Source: an uncultured Gammaproteobacteria bacterium (GTDB lineage: Bacteria; Patescibacteriota; Patescibacteriia; Magasanikbacterales; GWA2-37-8). From it: a stretch of 64,000 nucleotides of DNA. Shown here piece after piece: positions 37,242 to 45,283 of the stretch. The notes below the pieces were generated by a model. That model did no database searches and was not told the DNA's origin. It saw only the letters and a program-made list of their open reading frames with translations. Location of the stretch: assembly GCA_964510885.1 (NCBI GenBank), contig CAZEDL010000007.1, forward strand, positions 13,999-77,998, given 5' to 3'. The stretch's first letter is position 1. Every line of letters starts with the position of its first letter. A program made the position numbers and the translations under genes.

Positions 37242-38639
37242 TCACTTAGCGATACTAACATGCACCTCTTTCAAACTTTTCTCCGGCAGAATGGTGGGCG
37301 CACCCATGAGTAGGTCACGCGCATCACCTGTCTTCGGGAATGCAATCACTTCGCGAATATTCGGTTCATTGCTAAACAACATCGCAATGCGATCAATCCC
37401 GGGAGCAAACCCGCCATGTGGCGGCGCCCCAAACGTGAACGCTTCGAGCATATGGCCAAATCGTTCCTGCTGTTCGGCTTCACTAATTTTTAAGAGATCA
37501 AAAATCTTTTTCTGCAAGGCGCGTTCGTGAATCCGAATACTGCCAGAACTAAGCTCATATCCATTTAACACCAAGTCGTAAGCATTAGCACGAATATTCA
37601 TCAGATCCTCGCCAGCCATAAATTTAGCCTTGTCTTCTTCTTTGATCGAACAGAACGGGTGATGCTTGGCCGCAATATTCCCCTCGTCATCTTTTTCAAA
37701 CATCGGGAAATCGAGAATCCAGGCAAACGCAAATTCATTGGGATCATTTTTATCCTGGCGTAGATCAGGTTTATCCGTGCCGTATGTGTCGATACATTCT
37801 TGGTAGGTAAGGCGTGGAAATGGCAGCGTCGTAATCTTTTTCTCCGGCGCCACCTGTTTCACGAGTTCAATAAACATCGCTTCAGTATAGCTAAGTACAT
37901 CCTCCTGCGTCACAAATGACATTTCAAAATCAAGCTGGGTAAATTCTGGCTGGCGATCGCCACGCTGATCTTCATCGCGAAAGCACCGCGCGATCTGGAA
38001 ATACCGCTCGAATCCAGCCACCATGCTCAGCTGCTTAAACTGTTGCGGCGATTGAGGCAAGACATAAAATTTCCCTGGGTGAAGGCGACTTGGCACAATA
38101 TATTCCCGCGAACCTTCCGGCGTCCCTTTCATCATGATCGGTGTTTCAATCTCCACAAAATCATGATCATGCATGTACTTCCGGAAAAAAGTAATGATCT
38201 GGTCGCGGCGACGAATATTTTTCTGCATGCGCTCACTGCGTAGATCAAGATAGCGATATTTAAGCCGGAGCTCTTCACTAATTGGCGTCGTATCTTTATC
38301 AATTTCAAAGGGCGGTGTTTCGGCAGTATTCAGCACAAACAATTCTTTGAGTAAAACTTCGATCGTGCCGGTTGGCATAGCAAGGTTCTTTTGCTTTTCA
38401 CCGCGTTCCTTCACGATGCCACGCACCTCTATCACCCATTCCGGGCGCACTTCTTTGAGCCGCTCTTGCGATGCCGCATCAAGCTCCGCCGGCACGCCAA
38501 CCAGCTGGGCAATGCCAGAGCGATCACGCAAATCCAAAAACACGATCTTGCCCATATTGCGGCGAGCATTGACCCAACCCTTAAGAGTCACCTCTTCACC
38601 AATTTTAGCCGCCGTTTCCACCGTTAAAATACGTTTCAT
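37242..38639 (-). CDS. aspS: Aspartyl-tRNA synthetase, short form lacking the GAD insertion domain
   Basis: Motif 2 FRDEDQRGDRQPEFTQLDFEMSF is near-identical to bacterial AspRS. Motif 3 GAPPHGGFAPGIDRIAM. YGTDKPDLR runs directly into WILDFPMFE with no ~130-aa GAD insertion. 465 aa. Confidence 0.85.
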   Translation of the reverse strand: MKRILTVETAAKIGEEVTLKGWVNARRNMGKIVFLDLRDRSGIAQLVGVPAELDAASQERLKEVRPEWVIEVRGIVKERGEKQKNLAMPTGTIEVLLKELFVLNTAETPPFEIDKDTTPISEELRLKYRYLDLRSERMQKNIRRRDQIITFFRKYMHDHDFVEIETPIMMKGTPEGSREYIVPSRLHPGKFYVLPQSPQQFKQLSMVAGFERYFQIARCFRDEDQRGDRQPEFTQLDFEMSFVTQEDVLSYTEAMFIELVKQVAPEKKITTLPFPRLTYQECIDTYGTDKPDLRQDKNDPNEFAFAWILDFPMFEKDDEGNIAAKHHPFCSIKEEDKAKFMAGEDLMNIRANAYDLVLNGYELSSGSIRIHERALQKKIFDLLKISEAEQQERFGHMLEAFTFGAPPHGGFAPGIDRIAMLFSNEPNIREVIAFPKTGDARDLLMGAPTILPEKSLKEVHVSIAK

Positions 38640-38720
38640 ATAATATACCTTGACAAAATTAGTCTACAAAGGAATAATAAAGAGCTCTTTAATGTCTCAA
38701 TAATGAGACGAGGAGGAACA

Positions 38721-38861
38721 CATGTACACCACGTACACCGAGACCCCCGGCCACCCTAATGAGGTCGGCCAAAAGAACTTCGTTAAATTTGCAGGAGGCA
38801 TGGCGGCCGTGCTTATTAGCGCCGCGCTCCTGCTCGCGCTAATACGCGCGCTTTTCAAATA
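38721..38861 (+). CDS. Candidate small membrane peptide (46 aa), below the ORF-track cutoff
   Basis: ATG with a strong GAGGAGG SD 5 nt upstream. MYTTYTETPGHPNEVGQKNFVKFAGGMAAVLISAALLLALIRALFK: one TM helix. Divergent from aspS, convergent with gap. Confidence 0.4.
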
Positions 38862-38922
38862 GTGCTCGGCATCACCCCCCCTCAAAGCACAGCCCTTGCC
38901 ACGCGCAAGGGCTGTAACATTT

Positions 38923-39930
38923 TTACTGATTTCCAAACTTCTCGGCCATCTCAATCAGCCGGTGCGCATACCCATATTCATTATCATACCACGCCACCAC
39001 TTTCACCAAATTTCCGCCCACCACATTCGTCAGTTTCAAATCAACCGTGGCCGAGTTGCTATTAGCAATAAAATCCGACGAAACCAATTCTTCTTCAGTA
39101 CATCCCAAAATACCTTTGAATTGAGCGCTGTTAGCAGCTGCTACGAGCGCCGCATTTACTTCTTCAATCGTCACATCTTTTTTAAGCACTGCCGTAATAT
39201 CAGATAGCGACACCGTTGGCACCGGCACCCGGAAGGCGACACCATCAAACTTCCCCTTGAGCGACGGAATCGCTTCGGTGGTAGCAATCGCTGCTCCGGT
39301 CGTCGTCGGCGTAATATTCTCGGCCGCCGCCCGCGCCCGGCGCAAATCTTTGTGAGGCCCATCTTGAATATTTTGATCAGCCGTATACCCATGCACCGTG
39401 GTCATCATCGCCTTTTCAATCCCAAATGATTCTTCAAGCACCGCCATCACCGGCGAAATACAATTGGTGGTGCACGACGCGTTATTAATAACCGTCGACG
39501 ATTCTGTCTTAAGATCATCCGAATTCACGCCAAGAACGTACGTCGGCACGCCGCCTTTGGCGGGCGCGCTCACCACCACTTTCTTAGCACCAGCTTTAAT
39601 GTGCATCTCCGCTCCTTCCTTAGTCGTAAAGCGGCCTGTGCACTCAAGAACGACATCTACCTCTAGCACACCCCACGGCAAGGCCGCCGGATCTTTTTCC
39701 GCATACACAGGAATCTTTACCCCATCCACAATTATATTTTTTTCATCATACGTCACGTCATGTTCATACGTGCCATACGAGGTATCATGCTTGAGTAAAT
39801 GTGCTAATGTCTTGGTATCCGTCAAATCATTAATCCCAACAAATGAAATATTCTTTTTTCCAAATCCAGCTCGGAAGGCCTGGCGGCCAATACGGCCAAA
39901 ACCATTAATCGCAAGATTAGTCATAAGCAC
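38923..39930 (-). CDS. gap: Glyceraldehyde-3-phosphate dehydrogenase (type I)
   Basis: NLAINGFGRIGR NAD-binding motif, catalytic ASCTTNC. Confidence 0.95.
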   Translation of the reverse strand: MLMTNLAINGFGRIGRQAFRAGFGKKNISFVGINDLTDTKTLAHLLKHDTSYGTYEHDVTYDEKNIIVDGVKIPVYAEKDPAALPWGVLEVDVVLECTGRFTTKEGAEMHIKAGAKKVVVSAPAKGGVPTYVLGVNSDDLKTESSTVINNASCTTNCISPVMAVLEESFGIEKAMMTTVHGYTADQNIQDGPHKDLRRARAAAENITPTTTGAAIATTEAIPSLKGKFDGVAFRVPVPTVSLSDITAVLKKDVTIEEVNAALVAAANSAQFKGILGCTEEELVSSDFIANSNSATVDLKLTNVVGGNLVKVVAWYDNEYGYAHRLIEMAEKFGNQ

Positions 39931-39960
39931 ACAATTAAGTGACTAGTAGGTAAGAGATAG

Positions 39961-41139
39961 TTACAGAACGCGGGCAAAAAAACACTTCAAATATTCTCCT
40001 TCGGTAAACGACACGAGCTCGGGATGATCGATGCCATGCGTATACGTTTCCAAAATCTGCACCGTTCGTCCAGCACGCGCCGCCGCTTCACTCAGCATAA
40101 ATCTGAAGTCCTGCAGGGTCACATGCGCCGAGCACGACGCCGTTACCAGAATACCGTTTTGAGGCAAAATTCGCAAGGCCATTTCGTTGATTTTTCGATA
40201 CCCATGCAAGCCTTCCTTTACCTTGTGCCGATCTTTCACAAAGGCTGGCGGATCAAGGATAATCACGTCAAATTCGCCCACCGTTCGATCAGCCAAGTAT
40301 TCCTTCACGTCGGCCGCGATAAACTCGGCTTTCGCAGCAGGCAACTTATTCAACTTCACATTCGCCTCGGCCATTTCAAGGGCCGGCACCGACGCATCTA
40401 CACTCACGACCGACTCGGCTCCCGCTGCCAAAGCATACACACTAAATCCACCTGTATACGAAAAACAATTCAACACTTTTTTCCCATTCACATATTTTGT
40501 CAGCGTCTGCCGCTTATCTCGTTGATCCAAAAAGAAACCGGTCTTTTGGCCTTGCTTTACATCAACCAAAAACTGCCACCCATTTTCCAGAATGGTAATC
40601 TGATCCGGAACTTCCCCATACAGTACCCCGGTGACTTCGATCGGCGCGCGCTCTTTACGCTCTCGCACATCCGAACGCTCGTAAATCCCTTTAGGTTTTA
40701 CGGCTGTCGCCAGTGCTTCAACAATTTCTTTTTTCCACTTCGCAATCCCCGCCGTGTGACACTGCACTACTAAGTAATCAGCATACTTATCTACTATTAA
40801 ACCAGGAAGCCAATCGTTCTCCGCGTGCACCAATCGATAAGCGTTCGTCGCTTTTGACACTACCAACTCTTGGCGCAAATCGTACGCAGCCTGAATTCGT
40901 TTTTTAAAAAAATCAACATTAACTTCTTCATTGTCAACAAAGCCCCACAACCGGACCGCCATCTGGGAGTATGAATTAAAGTACCCAGCCGCCAAAAAGC
41001 TACCATTTTCATCCACCAACCGCACCGGCTCCCCGCTCATCAAGCCTTCGGGAATAGCCTGCAACGCCCCCGAAAACACCCACGGATGTCGCCCCCGAAT
41101 CGGCCCCAGCCGCTGCGTTTTGACAGTTAATGCAACCAT
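39961..41139 (-). CDS. rlmI: PUA-domain class I SAM-dependent rRNA methyltransferase (RlmI/RlmK-like)
   Basis: N-terminal PUA-like region. FSYTGGFSVYA (SAM motif I) and ILDPPAF (motif IV DPP). Confidence 0.7.
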   Translation of the reverse strand: MVALTVKTQRLGPIRGRHPWVFSGALQAIPEGLMSGEPVRLVDENGSFLAAGYFNSYSQMAVRLWGFVDNEEVNVDFFKKRIQAAYDLRQELVVSKATNAYRLVHAENDWLPGLIVDKYADYLVVQCHTAGIAKWKKEIVEALATAVKPKGIYERSDVRERKERAPIEVTGVLYGEVPDQITILENGWQFLVDVKQGQKTGFFLDQRDKRQTLTKYVNGKKVLNCFSYTGGFSVYALAAGAESVVSVDASVPALEMAEANVKLNKLPAAKAEFIAADVKEYLADRTVGEFDVIILDPPAFVKDRHKVKEGLHGYRKINEMALRILPQNGILVTASCSAHVTLQDFRFMLSEAAARAGRTVQILETYTHGIDHPELVSFTEGEYLKCFFARVL

Positions 41140-41200
41140 AATAAATAAAGTAAAGGTAAGGCATAAATCTTAACATAGATAAAAATATTGGTCCAAATGG

Positions 41201-41229
41201 TTGACAAAAGAACCTTTTTTTGCTATAAC
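41201..41229 (+). promoter_or_regulatory. Consensus sigma70 promoter driving the high-GC lipoprotein gene
   Basis: TTGACA-17nt-TATAAC. Confidence 0.7.
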
Positions 41230-41353
41230 TTCGTCAAAATAACTTTACAAAATTAGACAATTACTCATCTCAACCAGCCAAGCCGTTAAACCAATACCGA
41301 CTCGGCTGGTGGAGCAATCTCGCTTCTACCAGACCGCTACCAAGGAGGTAGTC

Positions 41354-41893
41354 ATGATCCGACAGAACGCACGCACGATCGCCACCCTCAGCATCGCCCT
41401 CGGCCTCACAGGATGCGGGGCTGATGCACCCGGCGGGGGCGGCAACACCTGCACCGACTTCGACGTGAGCGTCGACTCGACGAGCCCGAGCGGCACGGTC
41501 ACGGCCGGACAGCAGGCGGACGTGATCCACTTCAACGTGAAGGGCTGCACGGGCTTCACCCTGATGAACCTCTTCACCTGGGCTTCCGGGAACAGCTCCC
41601 CCTACCTGGACGGAGTCCCCTACCAGGTGATCGGTCTCAGCGACGGCATGATCTACCAGAACTGGCAGACCGCGAACGGAGCGGCCCACCTGGGCGCCGC
41701 GGACGACACCAACTACGTGGCCCTCTCCACCGGGTCGGTCTACAAGCTGGTGCTGGGCCTGCCGGCGGGCCTGCCCTCTGGTACCACGATGCAGTGGCAC
41801 CCCGCCGGCTTCCACTACAAGGACACCGACGGCATGACCCACGACGGCAGCGCACCGCCCACCGCGGTCGGCAACACGCTGACGATCAAGTAG
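41354..41893 (+). CDS. Hypothetical lipoprotein encoded by a high-GC, high-GC3 island
   Basis: AGGAGG SD then ATG. MIRQNARTIATLSIALGLTGCGAD (signal plus LTGC lipobox). GC3 is near 90% (atc/aac/gac/ctg codons), unlike host genes. A GC-rich terminator follows. Confidence 0.65.
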   Translation: MIRQNARTIATLSIALGLTGCGADAPGGGGNTCTDFDVSVDSTSPSGTVTAGQQADVIHFNVKGCTGFTLMNLFTWASGNSSPYLDGVPYQVIGLSDGMIYQNWQTANGAAHLGAADDTNYVALSTGSVYKLVLGLPAGLPSGTTMQWHPAGFHYKDTDGMTHDGSAPPTAVGNTLTIK

Positions 41894-41997
41894 TCGCGGT
41901 CCAAAGCGCCGCGATGAGCAAGGGCTGACCAGCGCCGTTCGCTGGCCAGCCCGCCTTTCTCTAAAATCATAAACAACGACTTACGATTTGAGAGAAT

Positions 41998-42028
41998 AAA
42001 AAAATTCCGGCTTAACCGGAATTTTTTT
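41998..42028. terminator. Bidirectional intrinsic terminator between the lipoprotein gene and tsf
   Basis: aaaAATTCCGGcttaACCGGAATTttttttt. Confidence 0.75.
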
Positions 42029-42038
42029 ATTGCATTTT

Positions 42039-42680
42039 TTACAACTGCGCGTTCACCTCATCCGCAAAATTCACTGATTTCTTTTCAATCCCCTCACCCA
42101 GTTCATAGCGTACAAACCGGCGAATACTAATCTTCTCACCAATCTCGGCTGTCTTTTCTACCAAGAGCTGCTGAATTTTTTTACTATCATCTTTGATATA
42201 CAGCTGCTCGAGCAAACAAATTTCTTCGTAAAATTTGTCGATTTTACCTTTCAGAATATTTTCAATAATATTGGCTGGTTTGCCCTGGGACTTCAGCTGA
42301 TCAGCATATATCTCTTTTTCTTTTTCAACGAGTTCGGCTGGCACTGATTCGCGATCCAAATATTTCGGATTAGCGGCCGAGATATGCAAACAAATTTCTT
42401 TGACTAAATCTTTGAATGCATCCGTGCGGGCCACAAAATCAGTTTCGGAATTCACTTCGACCAAGACACCAATGCGCCCGCCGCCGTGAATATAACTCGC
42501 CACCATGCCTTCGCTGGCGACGCGATCTGCCTTTTTGGCAGCTTTTACAATCCCTTTTTTGCGCAAAATTTCACTGGCTTTGTCTACGTCGCCACCAGCT
42601 TCTTCAAGCGCGTTTTTGCAATCCATCATGCCGGCGCCAGTCGCGGCGCGCAGCTTAGCAATGTCGGCTGCTGTTGCCAT
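42039..42680 (-). CDS. tsf: Elongation factor Ts (short form)
   Basis: MATAADIAKLRAATGAGMMDCKNALEEAGGDVDKASEILRKKG. Canonical EF-Ts UBA-like N-terminus. Confidence 0.9.
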   Translation of the reverse strand: MATAADIAKLRAATGAGMMDCKNALEEAGGDVDKASEILRKKGIVKAAKKADRVASEGMVASYIHGGGRIGVLVEVNSETDFVARTDAFKDLVKEICLHISAANPKYLDRESVPAELVEKEKEIYADQLKSQGKPANIIENILKGKIDKFYEEICLLEQLYIKDDSKKIQQLLVEKTAEIGEKISIRRFVRYELGEGIEKKSVNFADEVNAQL

Positions 42681-42791
42681 ATAGTTGTAATTAGAAGTTG
42701 AGTAAATTAGGTAAAAATATAATCAGATACCCTGATTATAAAATACCTGAGTAAAAATCTCAATTGTCGTAGTATCAGGCGGGTCAATAGA

Positions 42792-42874
42792 CTGTCATCC
42801 CCGCGTAGGCGGGGATGACAGTCACAGACAACTGGAGAAACCATTCTAGATTCCCGCTTTCGCGGGAATGACAA
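42792..42874. repeat. Two family-1 hairpin units between tsf and rpsB
   Basis: CTGTCATCCCCGCGTAGGCGGGGATGACAG ... GATTCCCGCTTTCGCGGGAATGACAATTGG. The second ends identically to array unit 2. Confidence 0.8.
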
Positions 42875-42895
42875 TTGGATTAATTGGGGAAGCAA

Positions 42896-43744
42896 CTAGA
42901 CGCTTTCCGAAACTTTCAACGCGCGTTTTTCTTTTTTCGGCGCAGATTTTTCTGCCGATTTTTCTTTGACTGGAGCATCACTCATCAGTGGCATAGCCGC
43001 TTTAGCCGGCATCTCTTTCATTTGCTGAACTGGAGCTTCAGCTTTAATCTTGGCCGCAATCTCTTTACCTTCAATCACCGCATCAGCCATGAGATTGGCC
43101 ATCATTTGAATCGAATTTACCGCATCATCATTAGCTGGAATGATATAGGTGGCTTTAGTCGGGTCCACATTAGTATCACAGACAGCGACAACTGGCACAC
43201 CCACGCGGCGAGCTTCGGTCACTGCCGTTTTTTCAACACGCAGGTCGGCAATAAACAACGCATCTGGAATGCCATTGATACCGATAAGACCGCTCAGGTA
43301 CTTATCCATCTTGGTCAATTGTTTTTTGAACGTTGATTGTTCTTTTTTGGTATATTTTTCAATTTCACCCGTGGCTACCTGATCACGCAGCATCTTATAT
43401 TTCTTCAACCGGCGCTGGCATTCTTCAAAGTTGGTCAGGAGACCACCAATCCAGCGTTCTACCAAAAACGGCATACCGGCGCGTTCAGCCGCGGCTTTAA
43501 TAATACTGCGGGCCTGGCGCTTGGTGCCAACAAATAAAATCACTTTGCCCTGACTAGCCATGGTTTTCACAGCGGCCAAGGTTTTTTCTAATTCTTCGGT
43601 CGTTTTGTCTAAATCAATGACGTGGATACCATTTTTGGTTCCAAAAATATATGGCTGCATTTTAGGATGCCATTTGGATCCCTGGTGGCCGAAATGCACG
43701 CCGGCCTTAAGCATCTCAAGTAGAGACGGTAACTGTTGTGACAT
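42896..43744 (-). CDS. rpsB: 30S ribosomal protein S2 (with C-terminal extension)
   Basis: LLEMLKAGVHFGHQGSKWHPKMQPYIFGTKNGIHVIDLDKT... Confidence 0.9.
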   Translation of the reverse strand: MSQQLPSLLEMLKAGVHFGHQGSKWHPKMQPYIFGTKNGIHVIDLDKTTEELEKTLAAVKTMASQGKVILFVGTKRQARSIIKAAAERAGMPFLVERWIGGLLTNFEECQRRLKKYKMLRDQVATGEIEKYTKKEQSTFKKQLTKMDKYLSGLIGINGIPDALFIADLRVEKTAVTEARRVGVPVVAVCDTNVDPTKATYIIPANDDAVNSIQMMANLMADAVIEGKEIAAKIKAEAPVQQMKEMPAKAAMPLMSDAPVKEKSAEKSAPKKEKRALKVSESV

Positions 43745-43859
43745 AGGTTGTGTCCTTATTACTTCCTCTCAGCCTAACCCCGCGAGTGGTCGCAGGGAGG
43801 ATACAAACGGGCTGATGAGTGATAAATAATACTGCCTAAAGGGCAGTTATAACCCCCGG
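43745..43859 (-). promoter_or_regulatory. Structured 5' leader of rpsB-tsf (candidate S2 autoregulatory region)
   Basis: About 110 nt between the promoter and rpsB. Hairpins ACTGCCCTTTAGGCAGT and CCCTGCGACCACTCGCGGGG. SD GAGGAAG. Confidence 0.35.
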
Positions 43860-43888
43860 AGTATATAAGATTAGCCAAAATAAGTCAA
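43860..43888 (-). promoter_or_regulatory. Sigma70-type promoter for rpsB-tsf
   Basis: On the minus strand, TTGACT-17nt-TATACT. Confidence 0.65.
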
Positions 43889-43962
43889 GTAGAGGATTGA
43901 CTTATTCAATGGATATGATAAGGTGCGCTGTCCAGAATCTGGACACAGAGGAAAAAAATAAG

Positions 43963-44661
43963 ATGAAGATGGTTAAAATTTTTTTTCCGGGCTATGCCCA
44001 CGACGACACTGCTCACTTTCAACTTCAAGATCGGGCAATCCATTACCGATCAAAAAGTTGGTTGGGCTGGCAAACCCTTGGCAATAAAGCCGAGGTGAGC
44101 GCTCGACTCCTCCACGGAATATTGAATAACCTAGCAGACGATCAGGGTGTGGAAGTTGTAGCCCACTCGCTCGGCTGCCTAATAGCCGTGTGGGCGATCA
44201 CCCTCCTGCCTGCAGACAAGCGCAAACAGATCACCCAGCTCACCCTAGTAGCACCCACCGGCTTCTGTAATCGCCGACGGTTCCTGACCTTCTGGTTCCT
44301 GTTCATCCTGGTCGGCTGGCGCGGACATCTAGCCGCCCTCCTAGGGCTCTTGTTCCCAAAACACGGTGCCCTGGTGCCGCCTTCGGTAGCAACGCGCCTG
44401 TATGGGCACCGGCATGAAACCGGAGAAATAGTCCACGACTCGTCTGTTGCATTTCTCCAGCTGGTGCTCGGGCTCTACCCGAATGCCTTGGCCAGACTGT
44501 TGGCTCAGGGCTTCGACCGGGACAAAATTACCATGGTCGGTGGGACGCACGATGCCTGCGTGAATGCCCAGTGGGTCCACGACGAAGCCGCCACGGCTGA
44601 GACGAGTTACCACGAGCTGCCAGTCGCCCACTGCGGCCACCCCACCACCTTCCCCTACTGA
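43963..44661 (+). CDS. Alpha/beta-hydrolase-fold protein (esterase/lipase-like), moderately GC-rich
   Basis: The start is moved to MKMVKIFFPGYAHDD (GAGGA SD 11 nt upstream; the ORF track starts at 43897). Nucleophile elbow VVAHSLGCLIAV. C-terminal HDACV...CGH region. Confidence 0.55.
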   Translation: MKMVKIFFPGYAHDDTAHFQLQDRAIHYRSKSWLGWQTLGNKAEVSARLLHGILNNLADDQGVEVVAHSLGCLIAVWAITLLPADKRKQITQLTLVAPTGFCNRRRFLTFWFLFILVGWRGHLAALLGLLFPKHGALVPPSVATRLYGHRHETGEIVHDSSVAFLQLVLGLYPNALARLLAQGFDRDKITMVGGTHDACVNAQWVHDEAATAETSYHELPVAHCGHPTTFPY

Positions 44662-44764
44662 GGCCAACCCTCAATTCCTCACGAGACCCTGCTCTCGCTT
44701 CCCCCACTGCCCCAATACTATTGAGACAGTGCAAGGAGACCAATTTCGAGAGCAGATAAAAAAT

Positions 44765-44796
44765 AAAATCGATCCCTCACATAGGGGATCGATTTT
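44765..44796. terminator. Bidirectional intrinsic terminator after the hydrolase gene
   Basis: AAAATCGATCCC-tcacatag-GGGATCGATTTT with a T-run. Confidence 0.7.
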
Positions 44797-44888
44797 ATTA
44801 ATCAATAAACCGCAGTCCTATACAAAAACTTATTTTTGTATAGAATATATTTACCAGAAATTTTTCTGGCAACTCCAGGAGTTTGATA

Positions 44889-45134
44889 ATGTTACGTAAA
44901 ATTGTCAGTTCGTTTATAATGATCTGTCTGTGCATGGGAGGTTCGAATAACGACATCCCAAGCGCCGGCGGGCAGAACGCACAAGCCTGCATGTGCATCT
45001 GCAAACCCGGCTGTGACACAGGAGAATACTGTGTGCAGAAGGGCTGCAGCTGTAGCTGCAAAAAAATCCCTACTCCTCCTAACGAGCCGCTGCCGGCACC
45101 CGAAAGTAAACCGGTGTGCGAGACACAGAAGTAG
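44889..45134 (+). CDS. Secreted Cys-rich small protein (81 aa; 12 Cys in ~50 mature residues)
   Basis: AGGAG SD. MLRKIVSSFIMICLCMGGSNNDIPSAGGQNAQA (signal, AxA site), then CMCICKPGCDTGEYCVQKGCSCSCKKIPTPPNEPLPAPESKPVCETQK. The ORF track starts 6 nt earlier at TTG. Confidence 0.55.
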   Translation: MLRKIVSSFIMICLCMGGSNNDIPSAGGQNAQACMCICKPGCDTGEYCVQKGCSCSCKKIPTPPNEPLPAPESKPVCETQK

Positions 45135-45143
45135 GACTGCATC

Positions 45144-45188
45144 GGGCCCGGCAGCCAGCTGGTTGCCGGGCCCCCTTCTCTTTATTAT
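45144..45188 (+). terminator. GC-rich intrinsic terminator after the Cys-rich peptide gene
   Basis: GGGCCCGGCAGCCAGC-TGGTTGCCGGGCCC followed by CCTTCTCTTTATTAT. Confidence 0.6.
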
Positions 45189-45283
45189 AGAGGCCGATGC
45201 TTGCCCAGCTAACTCTTTTAGAGTAAACTAACCACGCCTGACCAGGCGTTTCTTTAATTGCAGAAGCCACCCATTTTTACCAT

